Below, one piece after another: positions 29,922 through 39,029 of a stretch of 52,857 bases of DNA. The stretch's first letter is position 1. The number at the start of each line of letters is the position of its first letter. The stretch covers positions 1 through 52,857 of the forward strand of contig JAZSET010000092.1 of NCBI GenBank assembly GCA_045531795.1, in the 5' to 3' direction. This stretch comes from Eubacteriales bacterium (GTDB lineage Bacteria; Bacillota; Clostridia; Oscillospirales; CAG-272). The notes below the pieces were generated by a model. That model saw nothing but the letters and a program-made list of their open reading frames with translations. It was not told where the DNA came from and searched no databases. The position numbers and the translations under genes are program-made.

Positions 29922-31979
29922 TTGAACTTGAAAATGCATTGGTCAGAAGAAATTGCTCAGAAGATAATTGAGCGCAATCCCGAAAAAGAAGAATATGTAT
30001 GTGCCGCAGGTGTCAGCCCCTCGGGTTCTGTACACATCGGTAACTTCAGAGATCTGGCAACACCTTTATTTGTAGTAAAGGCTCTCAAGAAAAAGGGCAA
30101 GAAAGCAAAGCTCCTTATATCCTGGGACGAATATGACCGTTGCCGTAAAATCCCCGCAAATGTACAGGAAGTTGTGGGAAGCGACTACGACAAGTATATA
30201 GGTTGCCCTTACGTTGACATTCCCGACCCATGGGGATGCCACGAGAATTATGCAAAGCACTTTGAAGAAGAATTTTTAAAGGGTATAAAACCCTTTGGAA
30301 TTGAACTTGACTGCCGTTATCAGGCAGAAATGTACAGAAGCGGAAAGTACACAAAGGATATTATCGAGTCTCTTCAGAAAAAAGACGAGATATTCGAAAT
30401 TCTTGACAGCTTCAAGACAAAGGATACAAGCAAGAGTGAAGAAGAACTCAAAGCAGAACACGATGCAGAAAAGGCTGCATATTATCCTGTGAGCATTTTC
30501 TGCCCCGAGTGTCACACAGACTTCACAAAAATTACTGCTCTCTCTGATGACTGCTTAGAAGCAGACTTCGAGTGCCGTTGCGGATATAAGGGACACTTCA
30601 AATTCCTTGAAAACTTCAACTGTAAGCTCGGCTGGAAGATAGACTGGCCTATGCGCTGGAGATACGAGGGCGTTGACTTTGAGCCCGGCGGAAAGGACCA
30701 CGCAGCTCCTACCGGCTCATACAACAACTCAAAGATTATTTCCGAAAAGGTATTCGGTTTTAAAGCTCCCCTGTTCCAAGGATACGAATTTATCGGTATT
30801 AAGGGTATGACAGGTAAGATGTCAAGTTCTTCAGGACTCAATCTTACACCAGAAACACTTCTTAAGCTTTATCAGCCCGAGGTACTCTTGTGGCTTTATT
30901 CAAAAACCGACCCCACCAAGGCTTTTGATATTTGCTTTGACGACGGAATTCTGCGTCAGTATTTTGAATTTGACAAGATGCTCACAGATGTCCGCGAAGG
31001 CACGGCAAATGAGATAACACAGGATATTATGTACAATTGTATGGTACCCGGCAGAGATGTTTCAACAGTTCCTATGTCACTTCTTGTACAGCTTGGCTCT
31101 GTTGTAAACTTTAATGTTCCTATGCTTGAAACCGTATTTGAAAAAATCAATATGCCCTACAAGGAAAAGGATTTTGCAGACAGACTTATGAGAGCGAAAT
31201 TCTGGCTTGAACAGTGTGCTCCCGACCAGGTTAACCGCCTGCGTAACACCCGTAATTTTGAGGTTTACAATGCACTCGATGACAATGAAAAGAAGACTAT
31301 CGAACTTCTTCACGCATACATCTCAAAGGGTGGGTACAACCTCGACGAATTAAACAGCGAGCTTTACGCAATACCCAAGGAAGTGTACGGTACAGATATG
31401 TCCGACAAGGAACTCAAGACCGTGCAGGGAGCTTTCTTCAAGAATGTATATAAGCTTCTTATAGATAAGGAAAAGGGTCCGAGACTTTATCTCTTCCTCT
31501 ATGCTATTGAATCTGAAAAGTATGTAGGACTTCTTGACTTCTCATATCCGCAGACCGAGGCTGAAATTGAAGCAGACAAGCCCGAAGAGGAATGCGTTGA
31601 ATGTGAACAGGTTGAAATAAACCGTGAGCCCGACCCCGTTCTCCCCGTTAAGGAGCAGATTGAAATTGACGACTTTGAAAAGCTCGATTTCAGAGTATGC
31701 AAGATACTCAAGGCCGAGGGTGTGCGCAAATCACATTCCTGCCTGAAGCTTACATTGTCTGACGGAATAGGCGAACGTGTGATTATGTCCTCCATCAAGG
31801 AAGAATACAAGCCCGAAGAGCTTATTGGCAGAAAGATTATTGTAATCGCCAATTTAAAGCCCAACCGTATATGCAATATCAACTCACAAGGTATGCTTTT
31901 AGCTGCAACAAACAATGCTTGCGGTTGTAAGATAATATTTGTAGACGACTCTGTTCCTGAGGGAACTGCTATTCATTAA
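29922..31979 (+). CDS. lysS: Class I lysyl-tRNA synthetase with C-terminal tRNA-binding OB-fold
   Basis: MHW N-terminus, PSGSVHIGN (HIGH), KMSSS (KMSKS), EPGGKDH, GPRL; C-terminal IDDFEKLDFRV...NLKP...SQGMLL resembles the MetRS-C/Trbp111 domain. Confidence 0.92.
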   Translation: MNLKMHWSEEIAQKIIERNPEKEEYVCAAGVSPSGSVHIGNFRDLATPLFVVKALKKKGKKAKLLISWDEYDRCRKIPANVQEVVGSDYDKYIGCPYVDIPDPWGCHENYAKHFEEEFLKGIKPFGIELDCRYQAEMYRSGKYTKDIIESLQKKDEIFEILDSFKTKDTSKSEEELKAEHDAEKAAYYPVSIFCPECHTDFTKITALSDDCLEADFECRCGYKGHFKFLENFNCKLGWKIDWPMRWRYEGVDFEPGGKDHAAPTGSYNNSKIISEKVFGFKAPLFQGYEFIGIKGMTGKMSSSSGLNLTPETLLKLYQPEVLLWLYSKTDPTKAFDICFDDGILRQYFEFDKMLTDVREGTANEITQDIMYNCMVPGRDVSTVPMSLLVQLGSVVNFNVPMLETVFEKINMPYKEKDFADRLMRAKFWLEQCAPDQVNRLRNTRNFEVYNALDDNEKKTIELLHAYISKGGYNLDELNSELYAIPKEVYGTDMSDKELKTVQGAFFKNVYKLLIDKEKGPRLYLFLYAIESEKYVGLLDFSYPQTEAEIEADKPEEECVECEQVEINREPDPVLPVKEQIEIDDFEKLDFRVCKILKAEGVRKSHSCLKLTLSDGIGERVIMSSIKEEYKPEELIGRKIIVIANLKPNRICNINSQGMLLAATNNACGCKIIFVDDSVPEGTAIH

Positions 31980-31990
31980 AATAGTTAAGT

Positions 31991-32074
31991 AAAATAAAGA
32001 AAAGCAGACTTAGCGTCTGCTTTTCTTTATTTTATTTAAAAGCATCCGCGACACATTGTATCACGGATGCTTTT
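31991..32074. terminator. Two tandem terminator hairpins between convergent genes
   Basis: 19-bp inverted repeat at 31991-32033 and AAAAGCATCCG/CGGATGCTTTT at 32038-32074. Confidence 0.75.
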
Positions 32075-32082
32075 ATCATTTA

Positions 32083-33978
32083 TTATCCTACTGTTATGAA
32101 AAGACGAGGCAAAATCTGGTATGAAGCCCAGCCTGCCCAGTGGCGGTTCAGGATAATAACATCAGTCAATGATACCTCTCCATCGCAGTTAACATCTGCT
32201 ATTAAAGTATCAATATTATCATAACCTTCCCAACCGGCGTTGTGACGCGCAATATTTATGAGGTCAAGCGAGGTTATTTCATTGTCGCCCGTAATGTCCC
32301 CGTACTGAACTTCAGCAGTTTCTCCGTTAAGACAAAGCTCATACATATTACCGAGCGGATTTGGCTTTGTGTAATAAAAGTCTGTGCCGGGTTCAATTCC
32401 CTTAGCCACGACCGTTGCAATATGCTCTGCTGTGTAATATCCTCTGTTTGAGCTTAATGTTCCTGCAAACTTCTTGCCCTCTTCCATAATATACGTGTTA
32501 TCGTGGAAATTAAAGTGATCAGCATCTGAAGCCTCCAGAGAGTGTGCGCTTGAGCCTGCAAACATATAAACATTATTATAAACATCATTATCTGCACAGG
32601 TAAAGTTCTTGTTGTAAGCTCCGTAGAAGAATCCGCCTGCACCTATCCAGTTTCCGTCTGCCTTGCAAGCAGGATAATTTGTGGAAGGTCTCTGATGAGA
32701 GTATCCGTAACCGATATAACGGTCGTAGTTATCGTGTACCTGCATATTGATTACTTTGCTTTCCTTTAAAACACCGTCCACAGTTTTTGAGTCTCCAAGC
32801 CATACCTCGGAGCCTGTATTTGCGTATTCTGCTACATTACTGTAAATATGAAGATTCTCCATTGTTACAGGCGAAAGATTCTGCGCCGTCCAACAACAGT
32901 CATAAACCTGACTTGCATAGTTGTGATGCATTGTAAAGTCGACATTGCTACCGTATGATTCAATAGCATTTCCGTATCTTATGGCAAAGTTTCTTTTGAA
33001 ATCCGAATTCGCACCTGCTCCAAACTGACAAGAACCGCCAATCCATTTAAATGTACAATACTGCACTGTAACATTGTTAACTGAACCAAAGCTTATACCG
33101 TGAATGCCTGCACCATATATTGCTATGTTATCAATTACAATATTTGTTGCAGGGCCGCTCTTCTGGATAATACCGCTTCTTCTGCAAACAAGTTCTACAG
33201 AGTTAAATACCTCTGCAGGATTACCGTCCTGGGAGTAAAGATAAAGCTCATCATTCTTCATATCGTGATAGAATTCAAGATTTCCCTTTAAGTCAACAGC
33301 ACCGGCAAATTCTGTGTGGGCAGGAACTGCATAGAATTCAAGTCCGTTAAATACCGCACCATTATCAACTCTCTGACCTGCATACTTTGCATTTGCATCA
33401 TCAAATATATCTACAATTCCGGACACATGAATTCCCCAAGCACGTCCCTTGTTAAACACTATTGCACCTACATTGCTTTCAAATCCGCCAATTGTACCGG
33501 TATACTTATAAATATTATCCCATTCGGTTTCTTCCCAGTCAGATGAATCTGATGCATCAAGGGATAAATTAAACAAAGGTTTCGCACCCTCTCCGTATGC
33601 CGAATACGAAACACCGTTCTGAACCTTCAGGCTGGCAGTGTTTCTCCATTCGTCACCGCGCTTGAAATACACAACATCACCTTCGGCAAAAGTGGTGGCA
33701 GTTACTTTAGCGGTTGTCTTCCAGGGAGTTTGGGGAGAAAGCCCGTCATTTGAGTCATCACCCTCGCTAAAGGATACATAATAAGCAGTGCCGCCGTCAG
33801 CAGGTTCTACTGTTGACTCAGCAGACTCAATTTCTTCAATAAGAGCATCAATTTGTGCATTGTAGCTGGCAAGCAGTTCATCAGATGCCTTTTCATATAT
33901 TGCGGCAGTTGCGCTTGTTGCTGTTGCAAATGAGAACATACAAACAAGAGCAAGTACAATAGCAAGCAGTTTTTTCAT
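32083..33978 (-). CDS. Secreted beta-helix protein paralog with C-terminal dockerin
   Basis: Signal peptide; same core motifs as the 18.6-22.9 kb pair; duplicated Ca-loops GDITGDNEITSLD and ADVNCDGEVSLTD. Confidence 0.78.
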   Translation of the reverse strand: MKKLLAIVLALVCMFSFATATSATAAIYEKASDELLASYNAQIDALIEEIESAESTVEPADGGTAYYVSFSEGDDSNDGLSPQTPWKTTAKVTATTFAEGDVVYFKRGDEWRNTASLKVQNGVSYSAYGEGAKPLFNLSLDASDSSDWEETEWDNIYKYTGTIGGFESNVGAIVFNKGRAWGIHVSGIVDIFDDANAKYAGQRVDNGAVFNGLEFYAVPAHTEFAGAVDLKGNLEFYHDMKNDELYLYSQDGNPAEVFNSVELVCRRSGIIQKSGPATNIVIDNIAIYGAGIHGISFGSVNNVTVQYCTFKWIGGSCQFGAGANSDFKRNFAIRYGNAIESYGSNVDFTMHHNYASQVYDCCWTAQNLSPVTMENLHIYSNVAEYANTGSEVWLGDSKTVDGVLKESKVINMQVHDNYDRYIGYGYSHQRPSTNYPACKADGNWIGAGGFFYGAYNKNFTCADNDVYNNVYMFAGSSAHSLEASDADHFNFHDNTYIMEEGKKFAGTLSSNRGYYTAEHIATVVAKGIEPGTDFYYTKPNPLGNMYELCLNGETAEVQYGDITGDNEITSLDLINIARHNAGWEGYDNIDTLIADVNCDGEVSLTDVIILNRHWAGWASYQILPRLFITVG

Positions 33979-34190
33979 GATTTCCTCCGTTTCTGTTTAT
34001 TTGATATACCATATATTATATCATATATTGTACCATGTATTACAGATATTTACAACTGTTATTTTATCAAAAAATATTTTTTAAATCTATGCAAAATGCA
34101 CAAGCCAACGCACCAAAACCTTTCTTTACAGAAAGGTAAAATCATATGAAAAACAAAAACGGTGAATACATAGAGTACCCACCGTTTACT

Positions 34191-35663
34191 TCAAGAAAGT
34201 TCAAAGTAGAATGTACTTCCCTTGCCCTTTTCGCTTATAACGCCGTATTTTGCTCCGTGAAGCTTTAGAATATTCTTTACAATTGAAAGTCCAAGCCCCG
34301 CACCTATATTTGCCCGCTTATGCACCTTGTCAACCTTGTAATATCTGTCCCAGATATACGGCAGATCTTCTTCTGCTATCCCCTCTCCTGTGTCACTTAC
34401 CTCAATTCTTACGGAATTGTTGTCATCACTTACAATCTGGCGGACAACGACTTTTTTATCTTCGCCCGTGTGGTTGATAGCATTGATAATAAGGTTGTAA
34501 ACCACCTGAAGCATTCGTGTTTCGTCTGCATAGACTATAGCATCGTGGTCACAGATAAACTCGATATTGTAACCGTCTGCCGCACTCATTCTGCCAACTC
34601 GCTCAATCACAGATTCAATGCTTTGTGTTAGCTTGAATTCACTCATCTTAAGGCTTTCAACATTTGAATCAAGCTTTGACAAATCCATAACATCACTTAC
34701 AAGCGATGTCAGCCTTTTTGACTCATCAACGATAATCTTCAGGTTATCGGAGGTCATTTCACCGGGAATATCCTGCATCATTTCAGCGTATCCCGAAATC
34801 ATTGTAAGCGGAGTACGAAGATCGTGCGATATGTTTGCAATAAGTTCCCTTTGGAACTTGTCTGTCTTTGAAAGCTCTTCTGCCGCATAATTGAGTGAAT
34901 TTGCAAGCTCGTTACTTTCCCTGTAAAGGCCGCCCTTAAAGTCAACACTGTAGTTACCCTGAGCAAGTTTTCTCGCATTTTGCGACATTCTTGTTATCGG
35001 TGCTGAGATTTGTCTCGCCATAAAATATGAAAAGACAACAGCAAAAACAAGTAAAATTGCCACAATAAACACCAGCTCAGTTTGCAGAGTTTTCTTTGTG
35101 GCACTTACAGGAGAGGTTATTGTATTAAGAAATACAACCATATTTTCTCCTCGTGCTTCACTGTATTCTACATATGTCAGCATAAGGCTTTCTCCCATAC
35201 CCTCATCACTCTTCGGCACATCGCCTCTGAAGTTCTGCGGATTGTATTTCCCGTTCTGGAAACCTCCTCTGGGCAAAACAAAGAAATCCTTACCCCCGTT
35301 TGAAAGAGCATCCGTATAGTGCTTAAACAGCACGTCTGAGGGCATATTATGAAGCATACATGCTCTGTTTATATGCGACTCCGCCACCTTTACTCCGTCA
35401 CCTGTATATATACTTATGCAAATATCATTTTCCTGTGATATTCTGGTCATAAGCGTTTCAATCTCATCACTGTCTATGTTGTTGCAGAGACTTGTCGCTC
35501 CTCTTGTCAGCTCAGCCCTTTTTACAGACTGATAAACCTCTTCAAGAAAAACCACCTGAAAAAGCCAGAGTATCAGTATCATCAAAATACAGAACAGCGA
35601 CATAAAGCCGATAATGCGCCACCTGAGTCCCGGTGTTTTTTCTTCATTACTGCGGTGTTTCAA
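34191..35663 (-). CDS. Sensor histidine kinase (2 TM, HAMP, HisKA, HATPase)
   Basis: SHDLRTPL H-box, NAINH N-box, DTGEGI, GLGLSIVK. Confidence 0.95.
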   Translation of the reverse strand: MKHRSNEEKTPGLRWRIIGFMSLFCILMILILWLFQVVFLEEVYQSVKRAELTRGATSLCNNIDSDEIETLMTRISQENDICISIYTGDGVKVAESHINRACMLHNMPSDVLFKHYTDALSNGGKDFFVLPRGGFQNGKYNPQNFRGDVPKSDEGMGESLMLTYVEYSEARGENMVVFLNTITSPVSATKKTLQTELVFIVAILLVFAVVFSYFMARQISAPITRMSQNARKLAQGNYSVDFKGGLYRESNELANSLNYAAEELSKTDKFQRELIANISHDLRTPLTMISGYAEMMQDIPGEMTSDNLKIIVDESKRLTSLVSDVMDLSKLDSNVESLKMSEFKLTQSIESVIERVGRMSAADGYNIEFICDHDAIVYADETRMLQVVYNLIINAINHTGEDKKVVVRQIVSDDNNSVRIEVSDTGEGIAEEDLPYIWDRYYKVDKVHKRANIGAGLGLSIVKNILKLHGAKYGVISEKGKGSTFYFELS

Positions 35664-36336
35664 AGCGATATCCTACCCCTCTGAGAGTTATTATAAATTT
35701 GCTGTACGGTCCGAGACTTTTTCTTAAAAGCTTGATATGTGTACCGAGGGTACGGTCATCTCCGTAAAAATCATATCCCCATACATCGCTGATAAGCTTT
35801 TCCCTTGAAAGCGCAATATTCCTGTTGCGAAGCAGATAGAAAAAGAGTTCATATTCCTTTGGCGACATTTCCGCACGTTTGCCGTCAACATATACAATGC
35901 GCGCAGTTACATCCACACGAAGCCCCTCAATTTCTATTATCTCGTTCTGAGTCACGGGCTCTCGGCTCTTCGACTTCTTGCTTCTGTTCATTATAGCATT
36001 TATTCTGAGCATAAGCTCCCGCGGAGAAAACGGCTTGACAACATAATCGTCAACACCTATCTCAAAGCTGTTTATTCTGTCATACTCCTCTGCCCTTGCA
36101 GAAAGCATTATTATAGGTACATCGGAAAATTTGCGTATCTCCCTGCAGGCAGAAAACCCATCAAGCTCAGGCATCATTATATCCATTATTACAATGTCAT
36201 ACTTGTTTTGCCTGCACTTTTCAAGCGCCTCCATACCGTTCTCCGCTTCCTCTACAGTATGTCCCTCAAAGATTGCATACTTGGAAACAAGCTTTCGTAT
36301 CATTTCTTCATCGTCAACAACAAGAAGCTTATACAA
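35647..36336 (-). CDS. OmpR family response regulator
   Basis: VVDDE, DIMMP, KPF receiver motifs; winged helix ending in RGVGY. Confidence 0.95.
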   Translation of the reverse strand: MYKLLVVDDEEMIRKLVSKYAIFEGHTVEEAENGMEALEKCRQNKYDIVIMDIMMPELDGFSACREIRKFSDVPIIMLSARAEEYDRINSFEIGVDDYVVKPFSPRELMLRINAIMNRSKKSKSREPVTQNEIIEIEGLRVDVTARIVYVDGKRAEMSPKEYELFFYLLRNRNIALSREKLISDVWGYDFYGDDRTLGTHIKLLRKSLGPYSKFIITLRGVGYRFETPQ

Positions 36337-36393
36337 ACAAACATCTCCTTAAATAAAATTCAAAAGAAACAGGGGTTTCCCCCTGTTTCCGGA

Positions 36394-37890
36394 TTAAAAT
36401 CCAAACCAGCTTGAAAAGGGAGAATTAAAGAATCCCTCTACACTCTTTTCCTCGGTTTTATCTGTATCTTCTTTGCTTTCACCGGGAATATATTCGTGAC
36501 ACTCCATTTCAACATCAACATACTTGCCGTCACGGACAACGGTAAGTATTATCTTGTCGCCAACCTTATGGTCTTTGAGTGCCGCCTTGATATCCTTTCC
36601 GTAGGTCACTTCAACACCGTCAACAGCTGTTACACGGTCACCAATCTTTAAGTTTTCATTATGCTCGCTTTCAAGAATATATACGCCGAGAGTATTTACC
36701 CTGTACATCATAGCAGTATAGGAATCACTGATATCCATATATGTGATACCAAGAGATACTCTGCCTCTTACATAACCGTAGTTTATGAGCTGTTCAACTA
36801 CCTGAGACGCCATATTGCTGGGAATAGCAAATCCGAGTCCCTCGATGCCCGAGCCCGAAGATTTTGCGTTTACTATACCTACAAGCTCTCCTGCAAGATT
36901 GAAAAGACCGCCTCCCGAGTTACCGGGATTTACAGCCGCATTTGTCTGCAAAAGAGTCATTTGTGTACCGTCAATTGTCACCTGACGGGCAAGTGCACTG
37001 ATAATACCGTTTGTCACCGTACCGCCAAGGCTTCCGAGAGGATTACCGATAGCAATAACCTCTTCGCCTACAACAAGCTTTGTACTGTCTCCTACAACTG
37101 CAGGAGTAAGGTTTTCAGCTTCCACCTTTAAAACAGCAAGGTCACTTTCCGCATCAAATCCGATTACCTCTGCAGGATATTTTGTGCCATCGGTTGTTGT
37201 GACTGTGACGGTAGAAGCACCCTCAATTACGTGATTGTTGGTTATAACATAACCATCTGCCGTGATAACAACACCGCTACCTGCACCTGTTGTAATATAC
37301 TGACTGAAAATACTGCTTGTAGATACCTTTTCGGTTCTGATTTCCACAACTGATCCTGAAACCTTCGCTGCAACCTCAGCATATGTTCCGGGTGTACCAA
37401 ATGTTGAATCAGTATTCTTTATTGAACCGGCTTCATTATATACACTCTTGTAAATAACCGATGCACTGTTTCTCTGATGCGCATCATTGATTCTGCCTGC
37501 AAGATATGTGCCGCCAAATGCCGCGAGTCCCGACAAAATCACGCATAATGCTGCTACAATTGCAACAGCTGCGTAAGGATGCTTTTTCTTCTCCTTTTTT
37601 GGAGCATCTGATACAGGTGTACCCGTTTGATTTGCCCTGTTTATATACACCTCTGTTCTGGGAGCAGTCTCGGTAATAACAGTTTCTTTTTCAGTGATTT
37701 CATCTGCAGTTAAATGATATGTTTTATCGCTTTCTTCACCCGTTGTCTCTTCTGAAATTTCCGCCGAAACTTCACAGGTCTCTGCTGATTCTTCATTCTC
37801 TGTAATAGGAGCTTTTGCATCAACAGTATTATTTTCAGTTATTTCTACTGTTTCTTCGTTTTCATTATCAAATACTTTATTTTCGTCCAT
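36394..37890 (-). CDS. htrA: HtrA-like serine protease with PDZ domain
   Basis: Acidic N-tail, TM, TNNHV, DLAVLK, GNSGG catalytic triad, PDZ. Confidence 0.9.
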   Translation of the reverse strand: MDENKVFDNENEETVEITENNTVDAKAPITENEESAETCEVSAEISEETTGEESDKTYHLTADEITEKETVITETAPRTEVYINRANQTGTPVSDAPKKEKKKHPYAAVAIVAALCVILSGLAAFGGTYLAGRINDAHQRNSASVIYKSVYNEAGSIKNTDSTFGTPGTYAEVAAKVSGSVVEIRTEKVSTSSIFSQYITTGAGSGVVITADGYVITNNHVIEGASTVTVTTTDGTKYPAEVIGFDAESDLAVLKVEAENLTPAVVGDSTKLVVGEEVIAIGNPLGSLGGTVTNGIISALARQVTIDGTQMTLLQTNAAVNPGNSGGGLFNLAGELVGIVNAKSSGSGIEGLGFAIPSNMASQVVEQLINYGYVRGRVSLGITYMDISDSYTAMMYRVNTLGVYILESEHNENLKIGDRVTAVDGVEVTYGKDIKAALKDHKVGDKIILTVVRDGKYVDVEMECHEYIPGESKEDTDKTEEKSVEGFFNSPFSSWFGF

Positions 37891-37922
37891 TGTAAATACC
37901 TCCTGCCTAATTATATGTCTAC

Positions 37923-37955
37923 ATTATAACTGCCGTTTGTGACGATTTCGTGACG
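37923..37955 (-). promoter_or_regulatory. htrA promoter with OmpR/PhoB-type direct repeat at the -35 position
   Basis: -10 TATAAT (37923-28, minus strand); CGTCAC repeated 11 bp apart (37939-44, 37950-55). Confidence 0.55.
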
Positions 37956-37995
37956 GCATTAAAAAATACATATGAAAATAACATTATTTTAATTT

Positions 37996-38481
37996 TCAGT
38001 CGTGAACAATGTCTGCAAAGAAAGCCGAACAAAGAGAAGCGATATCAGACGGTCTTGCCTCTATCTGCCAGCCTATTCTGCCAGCACTTACAAGCATCGT
38101 TTCAAGACTTTCTGCACTTATATCAAAGAAAGTCCTGAACTGTTTTTTCATTCCCACGGGAGAGCAGCCGCCCCTCACATATCCCGTAAGCGGATTGATT
38201 TCAGCTACGTGAATCATCTCGACAGACTTAACCCCTGCCGCCTTTGCCGCCTTTTTAAGGTCAAGCTCACACAAAACGGGAATATCAAAAACATAATAGT
38301 TTTTGTCGCTTCCACGAGTCACAAGAGTTTTATAAACTTTCGCCGGATCAATTCCAAGGCTTTCGGCAATTGTTGCACCGTCCGGTGCCACATCACCGTG
38401 CTCGTATCTGTGTATAGTATATTTAATTTTTGCGCTGTCAAAACGCCGTATTGCGTTTGTTTTATTTTCCTTTTCTGCCAT
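37996..38481 (-). CDS. ybaK: Cys-tRNA(Pro) deacylase
   Basis: KTNAIR, VYKTLV, LDLKKAAK, TGYVRGGCSPVG, SAGRIG. Confidence 0.92.
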   Translation of the reverse strand: MAEKENKTNAIRRFDSAKIKYTIHRYEHGDVAPDGATIAESLGIDPAKVYKTLVTRGSDKNYYVFDIPVLCELDLKKAAKAAGVKSVEMIHVAEINPLTGYVRGGCSPVGMKKQFRTFFDISAESLETMLVSAGRIGWQIEARPSDIASLCSAFFADIVHD

Positions 38482-38549
38482 TTTAATACCTCTGGTGCGA
38501 TTTGCAAAACAATTATAATTTGACTGTCTTTATCGGAATTGCAAAAATA

Positions 38550-38578
38550 TTGACTTTTATAGAAATATATGATATAAT
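38550..38578 (+). promoter_or_regulatory. Strong sigma-A promoter with no protein gene directly downstream
   Basis: TTGACT-17 bp-TATAAT with extended TG. Confidence 0.7.
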
Positions 38579-38584
38579 GTTTCC

Positions 38585-38750
38585 ACCACACAAATCAAAT
38601 AAGGTATATTTCAAGAGAATGTTTTTTTGTTTTCGCAAAAAAATGCATTCTCCATTTGTGCATTCCTTGTGATATGCCAAATGATTTGTGTGGTAGCAAA
38701 CAGGAGTTATGCATTTTTTGGTGCATCGACTTTTGTTGGTGCACTTTTTT
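38585..38750 (+). ncRNA. Candidate structured non-coding RNA (~165 nt)
   Basis: Starts at the predicted +1; perfect 13-bp closing stem 38585-97/38682-94; nested stems; terminator 38721-38750. Confidence 0.55.
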
Positions 38751-38826
38751 ATTTGACTCTCCGTTTCAATGTTGCTACACACTTTAAAAATTCGCTTTCC
38801 GGACGAATTTTTTACTTTTCAATTTC

Positions 38827-38855
38827 ATTATACTATATTCGAAAGAAAAATTCAA
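38827..38855 (-). promoter_or_regulatory. Sigma-A promoter facing left, antisense to the RNA candidate
   Basis: TTGAAT-17 bp-TATAAT on the minus strand. Confidence 0.5.
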
Positions 38856-39029
38856 TAGCTGTGTATAAAAACCAAGTATTCCAAAAATCGACCGATAAGT
38901 TATTAGCCTTGTATATATTGGTTTTTAAGTGAAAAAATATACAAAATTTTCATATAGTTGCCGTAAAACCCAACATTTCCTAACATAATTATAGTAGAGA
39001 TATAGAAATTATGTTGGAGGTAAAAAATA

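Noticed and set aside
18581-33978. Diversity-generating retroelement TR/VR among the beta-helix paralogs
   Set aside because: Similarity covers whole coding regions with ordinary synonymous divergence, and there is no reverse transcriptase in the window.
38585-38750. Retron msr-msd or 6S RNA identity for the structured RNA
   Set aside because: No reverse transcriptase nearby; the closing stem spans only ~110 nt and I cannot see a 6S-type central bubble. Left unnamed.
38709-38756. 15-aa hydrophobic peptide MHFLVHRLLLVHFFI as a type I toxin
   Set aside because: AGGAG is only 2 nt from the ATG and the ORF runs through the terminator; the hydrophobicity follows from T-rich sequence.
38627-38932. 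101-aa ORF in the track
   Set aside because: No RBS, crosses a terminator, and has low-complexity composition.
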